Shown piece by piece: positions 13,901 to 28,560 of a stretch of 64,000 nucleotides of DNA; position 1 is the first letter of the stretch, and each line of letters begins with the position of its first letter. The notes beneath the pieces were generated by a model, which saw only the letters and a program-made list of their open reading frames with translations, searched no databases and was not told the DNA's origin. This DNA comes from Dicyema japonicum (Eukaryota > Animalia > Dicyemida). Both the position numbers and the translations under genes were made by a program. The stretch spans positions 192,033-256,032 of the forward strand of contig RDEW01000058.1 of NCBI GenBank assembly GCA_011109175.1. Reading direction: 5' to 3'.

Positions 13901-16449
13901 AAAATGGGACATTACGAGATCGAAATTGTCACAAGAATAATCGCATACGAAAGATCTTAGACTACTGAACTGATGCCAAACTGAACAGCTAACATATTTG
14001 GTTTGAAAACATTAGACATGTCCAAGGCAGAGAAGCATTACGACTGGGATGAACTGTTTTGAAGAATACACCTAGTGAACTGGAATAAGTATGGAAGTAG
14101 AATCTCAGAATAATTTTTCAAAAAGAGCTCAAAGATGTTTGACAAATATTATGGGGACCAACCGTTGAGAACTAGTTTTTGTAAGTTGAAGATGCCTCCC
14201 CATAATACTTGGGGAATAAGATTTTTTATGCAAGCATATCCTCCCTTAAAAGTAAACCCGGGTTTTGGGAGTTAGCAATTCCTCGTCTATCGGGGTAACT
14301 CAATTCTCAGAACAGCTGAAGGAGTTATTTAAGTTTTTCGCCGTTGGTTGGCAAAATAGGCAGAGACTATAGAACATGAACATTGTGTAAATAACAACTA
14401 CATAGTGAATATTTTTATGGTGGTGTCTGTGCTTAAAAATAGTTTTCAAGGTTGACTTCATTTTCGCTTTGTAGTTCAATCCCGTGTTTAATTCCTACTC
14501 TTAGCAATATTCCTGATTCAAATGATCATAAAGTATACTTGGATGCGGGTTCTGTGATGAACGATAGAATACCAAGTAGGTTCGAAATCCTTTCCGTTTG
14601 ATTGTGCAGTAATCACTTTTGTCACCGCGAAAACCGTATATTCCATCCAATTGACAGTTTTCTTGCTGCAGATGTCTAAAAAGAATAATATTAGGGGGAA
14701 GTCTTTAATGATGGTATTGGTGGCTGTTTGAATCTAAGGATTCCTAAACGAGTCACTTTGATTCCAAATTTGAATAAATTCTCGTTAAAGTTTTTGTTTA
14801 TTCGGCCAACCTTGCTAAATCCGTTGTTAAAGGCTTCGTCGTCCCAGTTCATGATTGTCTGGGATTTCTTAGAATTGGCGACTTTTGATTTTAAAAAGTT
14901 ATTTTATAACGATTTTAGCTCCTCCCCGTAGTTCAAAATCAGGGACCAGCCTTGGAGCATCATTCTGTAGTCGAGTTCATTTCTAGCCCACGTGTCTGTC
15001 CCGTCCGAGGTCTGTTTAGTGAAAGACAAACTGTGTAGGCTATGTAAGGCTTCCAACTGAAGTGGGTCTCGTTAACTTTGATGTTTGGAACGTACTTTCC
15101 ACGGATTCGCACGTGAATCTCTTTATGATGAAATCTAAGTAATTATATTCGCTCGACAAGAAAATCAGCTGCATTCCGATTATTCTAAGGTGGTTACAAT
15201 CTTACTTCTCCAAAAATAAATTTTTGCGGATTCTTTCAAATCTGTCCTCAAATGTCAGATACTCCATCTCTCGATGATGATCCCATCGATGAAATCCCTC
15301 ACGTTTATCAAAGACAGCTAAGATTACAGTAAACTCAACATTCATGTTTTCCATGCTCGAATTGAAGCTGATTAGAAGATTGATGTCTTTAGTTAAACCA
15401 AAATCGACCATATTTGAGTAAAAATCTTTTTATTCATACAAAGTTGCAGAAATTTTCGTCAATGCTGTTGTTTATTTTATATAACCCTCATTGTTGAGAG
15501 TGTTATACTTCCGTATGTAGAAATGTCTATAAAACATATCTCCCAAGGGAATCTTTCGAATTACCCCAAACTATTCAATTCTGTAACGATTCTCGAAGTA
15601 AGAGCAGCCTCCCCAGCCTTCAACGCAGAGCTTGAAAGTCTCGAGTTAAAGGCACCATCCAAAAAAGTATTTCCCCGAGAGAAGGTGAATACAGTTACCC
15701 CGCCCGGGCGTTCTCCATCTCCACGATCCAGGCTCACCGGTTCCAGAGATGACGGGAATCCAACCCCCTCATAGAGCGCATCACAACCTTGTTGATGACG
15801 GAATGCCTCAGGATCCTTTTATTGCTGAAACAACAAGAGAACGGATGAAGCCCTTTAACATTACTTTAGTTATTTCGGGAGAGATACGAGAAAAAAGTTG
15901 AGAAACACTGCCCTAGTCAAAGCTTACGAGAGGGAATACGTGGCTTTTGTTCATTATGAGGGGGGTGTAGACAAAGGAACGTCAAATTTCTGTTAAAAAC
16001 CACCTGGTCTACTATTCTTTGTCTGCTCTTACCACAGGGTCTCTCATAATTTAACCACCTGTTTTTATCTAATAGTTCAGCCTTTTCATGCGCAGTTTTT
16101 TCACGTTCGTTAGTTTAACTTTTACCGTATTTTTAAAGAAATTCTGACTTTACCCATGAAACTCTCTGGAACCACACTAGTTTCATTCCGACGCGGACTG
16201 ACTCGGGCCTATGGAACTTCTTACACTTCTTATTGCTTATCTGATCTGATTCCCCCCATTTAGTCTCCTGGATTTATGGAGAAATTCAGCAACTCAAATT
16301 TCCGTTAAATTAACCGATAACTTGGCCCAGTACAAACAGTCACAAATTATCCAAGGAAGAACGTCTACCTGTGCCGACCAAATTCATCATCCAATAGTCC
16401 ATTACATCCTTCCAAAAGAGGTGGATAAGTAGGTCCGCTCTCTTCCATT

Positions 16450-17150
16450 TTTGTCCCACGTTCTATTGTGACTTCATTCTTTAGCTAAGATTTTTCATAA
16501 CGGAAAGTCTTCACCAGTGGATTTGGCCAGGAAGAAGGTAGGAAGATCCTTTTCAACAACTATGTCTTATCAGAAGGACTCGTCGCCTCACGAGTTGGAT
16601 CTGTTTGACGAGAATTGACCTTCGTTGAAAAAAACCATATTTCGGATTCGAACCCACGACTTGCCTCTGTCACGAGAACAGAAACCGGTACAACTCAAAG
16701 TGGGTGTCCGTGGCGAGTGCGAATCAGCCATTCATGCCCCTCACTTCTTTGTGACCTATGTGAAGAGGATCGCTGGAATTATTGTGAAGCTGGACGTTTC
16801 CAACACTTTAATTCGATGAGATCATCTAATTGAAAATGAGATTGCCAAACATTGTCCAAATTGCGAACCTCGCATGCGGTACTCCAACTCATCTTATTAA
16901 ATCATCGATTGAGATCCAACAAGGTGATCTTCTTGGTCCACGTTTTTTGCTTTGGGAGTTACGAGTTGCTCGTGCACGTGACACAGCTTTCAATTGTGGG
17001 TATTTGGACGATGCTACTATCGCCGGTTCAACCGAGTCGGTTATGAAAAGTCTTAAAATACTTCTTCCCTCTCTTAGCAGAGGTGACCTCGACTCACGAA
17101 AGATGAATTTTCTATATCGCGATGCATGTTTATGACTTTTCTCCCCGATG
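16450..17150 (+). mobile_element. CRE-like (RLE-type) non-LTR retrotransposon RT fragment
   Basis: QLKVGVRGECESAIHA, IVKLDVSNT, QQGDLLGP and YLDDATIAG fit CRE-clade RT motifs (QLGVG..GGCEAAIHA, QQGDPLGP, YLDD). Confidence 0.75.
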
Positions 17151-17699
17151 CTGCTATTACCAATGAAGATCATCATATGATGTTGGGCTCTCCTATTTCC
17201 ATGGAGATTTTCCCTCATTTAAATTTCTAGCGACATATTTAACTTGGAATATTATATTGTTGTTATTGAGTTCTTACAAGGGTTTTGTGAAAGACTTTTG
17301 GATAATATTTTCCCGAAAATCTTCCGAGGTAACGAAAATATAGACTTGTTAAGAAAATAGAGAATTTCTCTATTATCAATGAAAGTATTGTAAATGTGCA
17401 ATAAATGTACAGACTGTATCTTAAATGCACTGATCTCAAGTTAGTCATATCCCTGGATAATGAAACCGAAATGGAGCTCGTGGCGAAATCATTACACGAG
17501 TTTTCACGCGAAGAAATAAAATTGAGTATGAATGTCGACAAAGATACTTTACTGTCAAAAATGAGATTATCAGAAAAGTCATTCAAAATTGTGAAGTTTT
17601 CAAATTTTCGCTTCCTTAAATAATTAATATTTTGTCGAATAATCGCATTGAGGTAGTTTTTAGTTCAAAGTTAATGTAACGGGCTGCCCATAGGTATCG

Positions 17700-18430
17700 C
17701 GTGGCCCATGTGACATATTTTGTATTGACCAAATAAAGATGAAGGGAAACAGAATCCTCAAATATGATTACTTCATCGAATAATCCATAGATCATTCAGA
17801 GATGGATAACTTCCTGTCTGGCAGAGTGTAGCGCACTCTGGCAATGTCGAGAAAACCTCATGTACGCTACCTTCCAAATGAGATGCCGAAAGCTCTGTCC
17901 AAACACTGCTGTAATTAATCTTCATTTGAGCAGCATAGCTGATACTGAGAACACTCTTGTTTTCCCCTATGTAGATTATTTGGTCCTCGCAGTTCAGGAT
18001 AGGATTATTTCTAGGGCTTCAGTTAGACTCCAAAAACACTTGGACTCCCTGGACTCATGAGTATTAGCAAACACCACACCCCATTTCCTTCAACATCAAG
18101 TTTCAAGATTATCACTCAGAATCCACTCTTTTGTAAAATATCCGGGTAAACCTGGCTCGTCTACGATGTGGGTACCACCCCTCTCTACAGACGTACGTGT
18201 GTAAACTGGATGATCTAAAAGATTTCCACTGTTCCTCATGTAACCGCTAGGAGTTGACAGCAAACCACCTTTTTGAATGTCCTGTTACAATGTTCGTCTA
18301 CAATGCCAAGACCGCCCGATCAATGGGAACGACCGGCACTAGCTGCGTCCTACATAATTTCTGCTGGTGTCCTACAAGATAGTGAGACTGGGGTTTCTAA
18401 ACTTGCTAACCCCATATAAGCTTAATTTAA
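17700..18430 (+). mobile_element. 3' end of an I/Jockey-group LINE (C-terminal CCHC); family also at 43760-44200 and 63650-63930
   Basis: RVNLARLRCG(Y/H)H...CSSCNR*ELTANHLFECP. GAGTTGACAGCAAACCACCT.TTTGAATGTC is shared with 63767-63797. Confidence 0.65.
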
Positions 18431-18499
18431 CAACGGGGGCATATTTTAATGTAATTATAAAGTGTGTATGGGAGATGAAAAGACGAAATATAATTTTAA

Positions 18500-19140
18500 T
18501 GTGGTTAACAAAGTTTATTAAAAATTAATCGGGAGTTACAACTTTGACAACGGATATTTGGGTTTACCACGACTTTCTGAAGTGACTCCATTTGCAATGT
18601 ATGTTTTTGGGAGAGGATTATTAACCAATCAAATATTATAGAATTCTGAGTTCAACTCTACTACTTCATGCCAGTTAAATTCAGGAAAACGACTTGGATT
18701 TATTCTTACCGTTGTAAACGACTACTCCCAAATTGGTATAATCAATTCAAAACAGTAATCCTTTGTTTCTCAGTACACCTCATTCCTCCTGCATTTGACG
18801 TACAATAAAATTCGAAATTCTTAAAGGTAAACAATGCACATTCCGAGAAGCCATATTAGCTATCGCTTCCCTCAGGCAGAACACAGGCTTTATTTTAAGC
18901 AAAGAACAATTATTTTAACTAATAGATGATGGGAAAACCAATAAATGTTCTTCACTTTATTTGTTTTCTATTTTGTTAGGTTCCTATATAGACGATACGG
19001 TTCCGCAGTGAAATGTTTACTGATGACGGCGTCACTCGTCAAGGCAAAGCATAGAGATGTGAGGAACCCTCAACCGAAATGTACAGTAACGAGATCAAAC
19101 TAGCGACTTTCAGGCATCTTGCCCGGTACCCGTAACTCTG
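18500..19140 (-). mobile_element. Probable MULE transposase C-terminal remnant
   Basis: The minus strand gives ...RINPSRFPEFNWH...NPLPKT..., like the MULE C-terminal P.FP...W...LPRTNN region. Heavily degraded. Confidence 0.4.
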
Positions 19141-22100
19141 CGCCAAAGGTAAAAACGTTTGATTAATAATGCTTTGGTTGATATGTTTTAATTTTAGTCA
19201 ATTTTTTTAACTATTATCCAAAGACTATAATTTTGATAAAAATAATGAAGAAAAAAATGACAAAAGCACGGTCAATGAGAACATTCATAGTCCCCTTATT
19301 GGACAAACTTGTACTCCATTTTACCGGCTAATAATGCTTTCACTGATTTTTTTCTAATATTCCCACATTAGATTTATAAGATCAAAAATAAAAGTCAATA
19401 TTTGATTTATTTGATTACTCTGTTCTATTTTACTCATTATCAATGATTTTAATGTTTCCATATTCCCTCCAATCCTTAAAAATGGATTCTCTTGACTGAC
19501 CTCTTTTAGTCGAAATTTGTGTAATAATTACTTTCTCATTCTAACCTGTTCTTACACATTCATCGATTTGGCTGTCCTGAAGAATATGAGTGATTAGCCT
19601 TTCTTAATTTACCAATAATCCTTATATAACTCTAATATATACATTTTCAATGAGTTTGAGAATATATCCAACATTTCAACAACATCATTGTGAGAACTCA
19701 CTGCAAATGAAGTGTGCTTTTTATCCCTTTATTATTAAATTATTCCAAAGAGCAAGGGTAACCAAACTAACTAACTACTTGATCCTGACTTGTTACAGCA
19801 TTCCAGAATTTGTCTCCAGGTATTTTTATGCCATTACCTTGATATACTCAATCCAATAAAAAAGAGATAAGTGATGTCTTTTCTCTCTTTCAGTAGATTT
19901 TATCATTGTGAATTATTAGAGTTGACAAACGCACTTCACCGGACTACTTATTTCTATTTTAAACAAAATAATTAATTTTTATTTAATTAAAATAAAATTA
20001 AAATTACGGCTTCAATTGTCGACCTTAAAGCTTCGTAGATGCGTAACAAATATACGCATCTGCCTATGCGGAGCTAATACCACGGCTCCGTGAAAAAGGC
20101 TGTTATTATTATTATTATGCGTAACAAATAATCGACGAGAATAGTATTCGGAATTGAAAACAGATAATAGAAACAAATGCTCCAACTGAGGAAGAAAAAC
20201 ATATTTAGTTCCTGTGAAACCTATTTCCACGTACCTGGGTTTCTGAGAAGTGTCGAAATGGCACTTTGTTGAGGACTCCGAAACCAATCTCTTAATTGAT
20301 CTAGAATTTTCAAAAACGATCTGTTGTTATACATAAATAGTAGGGGGACCGAGACAAGAGAAAAAATGACTTCTGTGGTTGTATAGAGGGTAGAAACGGC
20401 AAAAAATGGTGGTCCTTCATGTTGTATCTGAAAAGCACCATTAACTTCTCCTTTCTTAAATATTTTAAAAATTATTTATTCTAGTGTGAAATCAGAGTCA
20501 TTAATATTTTGAGTTTTAAAATTTCGATCAATTTTGAGAATTTTAAATATTAGAAATAGATATTTCAGTTGAGGCAGAACTGGCACTACAACTTCGTTTA
20601 CAGTTAATCAAAAAATTTGAAAAAAAGTTCCCCGTCTAAGTTGACTACAAACTCTGAATATGTCTTTGCATAACATGAGCTTTCTGAGTTCGTGACCTTA
20701 TGCCCATTAACCAACAACGTGAGTCCAGTAAAAATGTAATTAGTAATTTTACTTATTGTAAATAAAAATAGGAAAAATGTCAAAAATAGCATTTACCCAA
20801 AATGATTGATTAGAAACCTGCGAAATTACGATCACTTTGAGTCCCCAATTAATATTTTTTGAACCTTCATGCTAATCTTACAGGTTTCCACTTCATATTA
20901 GTCATTTTCCAGATCAATTAAGTCATTTTTCTTTTTTAATTAAACCGTTTCCAATCCAATTAAGTCGTTGTCCACTTCAAACGAGTCACCTTCTCTTTCA
21001 ATCAAGTCACCTTCAACTTTAAATAATTCATTATTTTTTTTAAAGCAAAATTTACAAAAAATTAAAAACCAAAGTATATGTTTTAAAAGAAAATTGAAAA
21101 TTTAGACTTAATTTAAAATAATATGCAATCTTCTATACTCTTTAACTTTTTTTAACATGTGTCTAAAAATTTCAGCACAATCGTCTTCAGTTATCGTCTC
21201 GAGACCTTCATTAATCAAATTAGGTTGACCTTAATAATAATTTCATTTAAGCAAGGTATTTATGTTCAATTTCAGAGAGTTTTCAAAACACCAGGAAATA
21301 TGACGTCTCTATAGATTATCCGCAAAAGACTGAAATTGTACTCAGTCTCAGCGAGAACCGCGGAAAATATTGACGAATAACTTTATTTAGCAATTCAAAG
21401 CATTAAGGAATTATATTTCTCGTCAATTCAAGATTCCCCCAGAATCACTAAACTGTAGTGTAAATTACAGGATCTATGTTATGAAATATGTTTCAATAAC
21501 ACAAAAATATTTTATAATAAAAATACAAAAATCAATCAAAAATGATCCCCGTTGTGTTTCCTCTCAAGATCAACTGGATAGGGAAACGAGTCTCACGTGT
21601 GTCGTAGCTTTTTAGTGTAGCCATGAGTACCGGCTTATTTATATAACTTTACAGTTGGATCAGTCACTTGTTCATACCAAGCTAAACATCCTCTTCATAT
21701 ACAATATCAAGCTTATAAGATCATCAATAGAAGTTCAGAACTCAAATAGAAGTGCAGAACCGGGGCTAAGTGATGAAAAATTCGTTGAAATCGTTTTATA
21801 GGCGTCTCATTCTCTGACGTGAATCTCAAAAAAACCACGACAGTGATCTTTTGTAATTAAGACAACGGCAGAACGCACTTTGTCTATTGTAAAGCATAAA
21901 ATTACTTTAGTGAGTTCAAGTCGAGGATAAGGTTGTCCACAGTGGAAATTGATTATCAGCGTATCTTTTGATCGTTTCATGGGCTTCTGGAATTAAATGA
22001 GAGAAGTAATCTGCTATTTCACTTTTTCCTCATCACTATGGTCACTTTCCTTTATTTGAATTCCTCATAGAAAGATGACATCAATTCATCCATAAAGTTT

Positions 22101-24289
22101 TTGTCATTGATTTTTACGCCACTACTCAAGACCACAACAGATGAGGTTGAAGAATTTATAGGAATTTGGGAGTTTATCCCAAAAAAGTGAATCCGATCAA
22201 GTTGATTGATGTCCATTATAACAATCGTCGTGAATAATACAGTTTTTGAGTGTACTAAGGAAGACCTGAATCCAGCTTTCACCCGCACAAAGTCGCAAAT
22301 AATGAACAATCTTTAAATTTAAAAAAACAATATTTTATACTTTAATCAAGTAATCATTCGAAATTTTACGAATAATAATAATAACAGACCACGGTTGCAC
22401 AAACTAACGAATACAGCAACTTAAGAAAGATTAATTTTTAAATTAAAAAAATATATAAATAGTTTTTTATAGTAAAAATATCCATCTGATTTGAAAGTGA
22501 AAGCAACATAATTTTTTTTACAAATAAATTAATTTATTACTGAAAAAAGTGAGCAAATGGTCATACAGCGGCCGCTTTGACTGCGTGGCTATTCCCTCTC
22601 AAGATGGGCGTTGAGCCAGTCAACGCTCTCAGAAGATGCCTTTGTCACAAATAGGCACTGCGATGTCAGATAGATGATACTAGCAGATCTTCAAAAGAAT
22701 ACCGGCATACAGCATCGTCCAGGCCTCGATGAAAGAACATGGAAGGTAGGGCAACATAATTAAAATTAATTTTAATCAAAAACGCTTAAGGCCAGGTTAT
22801 TTCATCTGAAAATAGTTCTTGAGGTACTCTCTAGAAACCATCCAATCTCACCTAGATCCTTGGTGATCCTTAGGATCCGACGGACTAGGTCGTCCGTTTG
22901 TGCGACATGGATTCCTGCCATCTCAAAAGCAGAAGAGACTAGAATACCTTATTACAAACGATTTGGATGTCCACAACAACTAAACTCAACCAAAAACAAT
23001 ATGGTTTACATAACCAGTTATTCTGAGATCTCCAAATGGCTCAAGAACCAAAAAAGAGGACTCTGTATCTTCGCATTTGCAACGAATTATCGTATCGATT
23101 CTATTAGTCATCAATAGAGCTGTTGAGTTTGTTAAATGATGAGAGAGGAACAATTTTTTGCATTCTTGTAATAGGTAGACTGCATGAATGCAAGAAAGGG
23201 GTTGAAAAGTTAAATGAACACTCAATGTGCCATTGATTGATAAGGCATATTGGGTCACTAGTATGGGTGACATCTTACTTGTGTTCTAGGGGTTAAATAG
23301 GAAATCAGTAACCATTTCCGAAAGTGTGGTCCATAAAGACATTGAATACTTGACCATAGACCTCCTGAGATCATTTCTGCTCTCGAAAGCCGCTCTCGAA
23401 AGCGCTGCTCTCGAAAGCCGTCAAAGAGACTCCCATGTCTAGTCCAGCTCTGAATGGAAGATATGTTCGAGATCTCCTTGCTTATCCTAGGCCATCAGGA
23501 CTATCGTGAAAGTGGATCCAATGACGCCAACAGAGCAAGGAAGATGAATTTTCAACCAATTAGCCACACAAGACGAAACGCGGCCCGAAAAATTGAATTA
23601 AACAATAAATTTATAAATTTAATAAAACTAAGCAGATTTATTAAAATAAATAGATAAAAATAATCAACAAGTTATACGTCTAACTTACTATTTTAATATT
23701 AATCAAACAATAAGTATTTATTTTTATTAAATAAATAAAAATAAGTAAAAGTAATTATTTTATAATACACGTTTAACTCAATCTTCTCTTCTTGGGGCTA
23801 ATCCCTATTGCTTTTATAGGCATGTTACGTCGCTGTATTTCCCACATTCAGAGACTACCCTAGGTTGACATTCCATCAACAGGCATCGGTACTTCATGCC
23901 TCCCCTCAGCTTGTATACTCTCCAAAGTCTTCCGTAACACTAACATCTGTATGTAAGCTTTGTCCCTTTCCTCACCTTGAAAGCATCCAGGTAGCCTTTG
24001 AAGAATCTGGAGACAATTTCATCCCAAGTGATGACCAGAAGGATTAATTTCACCTTTGCGTGAGGATAATCTCAAGTTCGTTAACTTTATGAGCTAATCC
24101 TTATTATTATAGGTTCTTCCGCGTGGTTAATTGGATGAACGTCTTACTTTTTATGCTGATTTCGGATAGACTTTGTTTTTGTGGAAAAGGAAACTGGATA
24201 CACTTAATCTAGTTTTTTACTTTAACTTTTTTCTCGGTGAACCCGGGGTTAATAAATTAAAATTAATTTAATTATTATAAGCAACAACA

Positions 24290-25200
24290 TAGAATCATAT
24301 TTAGTGCCAAACTCCGCCGACTACTATGTCTTCACCGTTCCCTAGTAATCTGTTTACTGGTCTCAAATCTCCACTAAGGACTTAAGGAAGCGTTATACGT
24401 AGACGCCCTATGACTTTTTCCACGTTTCAAAGAATTTGTTTGCTGGCGTATCTCATTTCATTCTTAGAATTTAACCAAACAGTTTCCACCTCATGATCAG
24501 AGTGTTCAGGGGTCCAGAGGAGCATCTTTTGTTACACGCATTGGCCAGTTTAATCCCAAGAGAGATAAAAGTTGCTTCTTATGAAAGGAGTTGAGCCTTT
24601 GTCTTTTGGTTTTCGAAATTATCCATGTTCCAGAGTTATACGTAAGGATCGGTTTCACGAAATCCTCATACAATCTGACTCGGAGTGATGGGCAGACTGG
24701 ACGCCTTTGGATCCATCCTTTCAAAATGTTCTTACTACAGTTTTCGGTACTGCGTGGTTCTAATTGAGACCATTTAGCTAGGCGGTCTGCTGCTACCTCC
24801 AGGAGATGTCGAAGTGCATCTTTATTACTTGAGACAAAGTCAACATCAACGGGGTAAACAATTTCCATAATATTGTCGCTGTAATACTTCCGGAGATCTC
24901 GTAGACCATATTCAATGTACGCAGCTAACAATACCAGAAGAGGGAGTCTCCTAGAGGTGTGCCTGCTGTTGTCACGATTTTCCAATAAGCACTCGCAACA
25001 CCGTGTTTGATAAGAGTATCCGTATTAAGGTGACCGAGTCCGGATCCAGGAAGGTTTCCAGGACTTCAATGAGTTTTCCTCGACGGACAGTGTCCAAAGC
25101 TTTGGTGAGATTAATTCCTGCGGGAAGCGGTATGGCTGAGGCAATGAATTGGGATTGCAGTTGTCCACGGAAACGCTTACTCCGTAATGTCAGCAGCCGC
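24290..25200 (-). mobile_element. Degenerate RTE-like LINE (RT to 3' end)
   Basis: NLTKALDTVRR, YPVDVDFVS (degenerate YADD) and LRVRLYEDFVKPILTYNSGTW...LNSFHKKQL, paralogous to 48694-49377. Confidence 0.75.
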
Positions 25201-26819
25201 TCTTCCCCGATATTGTTAATAAATAATATTTTATTGTTAAATAAATCAAAATTTATTTAACCAACATAAATTTATTTTTTTATTTAACACTGCCATCCAT
25301 CCAAAGTGGACCTCGCCGACATTATCGACGTTGGATTGCCTCTCACGATTGCAACAAAATCAACTGGAGAAGCCACCGGGTCTCACGTGCGTCGTGGCTT
25401 TTTAATGTAACTAGGCGTCCAAATTTCTGTAGGAAGCGAAGCGATTTTCCACTTATTCCTCCAGTTGTCTCGACCACAATTGGAAAAACGCGAATCGGTC
25501 GCGATGCGTTTATTGTTAAATAAAATGTTAAGCATAAAAAATAAAAATAAATAAGAAAAACATCGTTTAAGTTTTATAAAAATCCTTGAAATTCTAAATT
25601 CGAGCATTAGGTAACGCGTAGCGCCTGTGACATAATGGAAAAAACCACCGGAAACTGACATAAATTGATACTTTTTTCACCTGAAATTCTTGGTCACTTC
25701 CTCCAATGGAATTTCAAAGTTTTCATGATTAAGTCCTGCAAATATAATAATGGACAATTACTTTAACAATGAGAACAAACCATCGTTTAGAGGAAGACCC
25801 AGAGTCATTCTACCCGTGGCTCTGAACAAGGATCTTAATGGAATAGGAAGAAAACTTAAATCTCCAGAAGTCGAACCGCTCTCCAAATGGACCTGGAATA
25901 TTCTCTTATAGTGGATGGTTTTTAAGGTGACGTAAAGGGAGCTCTTGTTAAGTTGGTTAATTATAGGAGTGACTCCAAGAATCTTTTGTTGAACGACGAT
26001 AGCCTCCGCGCCATGTTGTTAGCATGATTTTCGGGCTCGATGGATGACCCGAAGCGGATTCATCCTTTTAAGGAGAAGAAACGCCGTGAGGTTACTCAGA
26101 CGTACCGATCCCATCGAAATCAAACGTGGTCTTGAGTCAACTGAGTACCCGTCTTTGATAGAGCCCTCGTGTTTCACAACTGAGAAAAGATAAGGATGAC
26201 CTTTACATGTTTTCACAAGTAAGATCTCTTGTTTGGGAAATGTGGGTGGCTTCATTCACTGATAATCTGACTGCCCAATTGCCTACTCTACCGAAGAGAG
26301 GGAACTGAAGACATACTCGGCCCCTGTATCTCCTAAAAGTGACTCTAAAAAGTGGTATTAAGAGCCAGGAGTTAGTTTGGTCACCCTTTGTCTTTGGAAT
26401 AATTTTTAATTTTTAGCAGAGTAATTTTGAAAAATTTGATGCGACGTTAACCAACTTGATTGAAATGTTGAAGAACAAGTAAATTTGACACATTTAAATC
26501 AACGATCAACATTATTAAGGAATGGAAGACATTTCTGGAATTTTCTTTCGAAATGGAGAAATTGGAATCTGAAGATTGGATTTAATTCAGGTTTGCTTGT
26601 AGAATTAAATTGTAAGACAAATACTGGTGATTTTGCCGATCTAATAGACTCGTGGAGTAAACGACTAGCTAAAGAAGAGAAGTCGGGAGTAATTATTAAA
26701 TTAACCAAGGAAATTGACAATTTAAAAGTTTGTAGTAATTTCTAAGAGCATTCTAATAATCGATTCCATACTTTAAATGGCTTGTTGGAGAAGACCTGGC
26801 TTATCTTTTTTAATTTTTA

Positions 26820-27122
26820 AACGACTTTAGTTCCTTAAAATGAGTAGGCTCGGGTGTCTACCCGCACGCATTAAATGGGACGATCCAACAACCTCACTAA
26901 ATCATTCATCGGTAGTAGCGACGGGTGATGTGACAAAGGGCTGGGACTTAATCATTGCAGGTTAATGACTTGCGATTACTAAGAATTCCTTATGCACGAG
27001 GAATAATTACAAACCTCGATTCCTGTCACGAAGAAATTTTTGTGTTGCTGCTTTTTTTGCCAAGCAAGACACCCACTGCTATCTTTGTTGTAGCGCGTAT
27101 GCAGCCCCAAACGTCTAAAGTC
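26820..27122 (-). rRNA. 18S rRNA 3'-region fragment (pseudogene)
   Basis: The + strand reads CCTCACTAAATCATTCATCGGTAGTAGCGACGGGTGATGTGACAAAGGGCTGGGACTTAATC...GTAGCGCGTATGCAGCCCCAAACGTCTAAAG. This is the reverse complement of the SSU 3' domain, with substitutions in the universal 1391/1406 region. Confidence 0.9.
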
Positions 27123-28379
27123 AATGTTACTTCACTATATTCTGGTTTTTTGGTTTAACTTGGTTCTTAAAAAGTATGTTCAAGTGGTTGAACGAAACGT
27201 CTGATGACATCGGATCTGAAGGTCTGGCTGGGATCGAATGGAGTTTTCAACGAAGGTCAATTCTTTTCAAACAAATCCCACCCATGAGGCGACGAGTCCT
27301 TCTGCGCGATACAGTAGTTGAAATGAATCTTTCTACCTTCTACCTGACCAAATCCTCTGGTGAAGATTACATTATGAAAACTATTCCGCCGAATAATGAA
27401 GAGATGTCTGCGACGGTAGGACGTGTGATGAAAATGGAATAGGGTGGTTCTACTTTTCCATCTCTCTTCTGAAGTGGAAGCATGTAATGTACTATTGGAA
27501 GATGTATTTGGTCGACACAAGCAGATGTTCTCATTTTGATAAGAGAATCCACAGAGTGTTGAGGGTTAATGACCGAATATCCGTATTTCAGATTAAAAGT
27601 AGGAGGACAGATAATTCCTTTATATCCTCAATGGCTGGTTTGTCTATAAACCCTGATGAACTCGATTTGTTTTACATGTAACTAACGGATACCGTCTCTG
27701 ATTTTAAAGCCTCGTTATGACCTTTTTAGTGGAGAATGGAATGCAAAAGTGGTCATTGATTTGGAAAGAACCCTTTATGGGCGGGCATTCTAGCGGGGGA
27801 AAAATATGTCAGGATTGCTTTTTGTACAGTCATGTAACGTGGTTGATCACTTTATTTAAAATCGGTATTCTATCATAATAGGGGACATAAGATTACATGG
27901 ACTGGACTCTGAAAAGATAGGATGGAGATTACATTCACAGTCAGAAAGACTATGTACAATGAAAAGGATCTCTTCGTGCGTTAATAACAGCTTTCCTCAG
28001 CTATGTTGTAAAATGCTAAAGACCCCCACATCTGTGAAAAAGTATTTCAGAATAGATGGAGATAGAAGGAGAGATTTGATCTTTTACAGTGGAAGCTTAT
28101 GCTTATGGGAGAAGACGTGTGGAAATCACTGTATGGCGATTAAGAAGGAGATTGCGGACATAAATATGGAACTCCTCAAGCGATGACTTGGAATCTACTG
28201 TTGAAGGAATAAAGAAAGCAAGTTTCGATTTGCTTGGGAAAAAGGGCTGCAGGATTTAAAGGAGTCTTTGATCTCAAAATTTAACCATTATCTTACGAAG
28301 AGAAAGAAATCGTATGTCAAGGAGATTAGAAGGGTGAAAAAAAGAATTTATGTCAAAAACTGACGAATGTGTCTGTGGA

Positions 28380-28560
28380 ATTGCTACAACTAATCCAAAA
28401 AGTAATACAAATATTACAAAAACTACTACATCCCATGATACTATAACTATTCACAACTATTACATCTCAGACTACAACTACTCCAAAACATGACATCTAT
28501 GACTACAAATACTCCAATAACTACAACATCCCCTGATACTATAACTACTCCAACAACTCT
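28380..28560 (+). repeat. Degenerate ~33-bp tandem repeat with Thr-rich coding potential
   Basis: Units such as ACATCCCATGATACTATAACTA and ACATCCCCTGATACTATAACTA. The ORF at 28490 reads MTSMTTNTPITTTSPDTITTPTT. Confidence 0.6.

Noticed and set aside
23378-23420. Three copies of GCTCTCGAAAGC
   Set aside because: Short local slippage repeat with no further structure.
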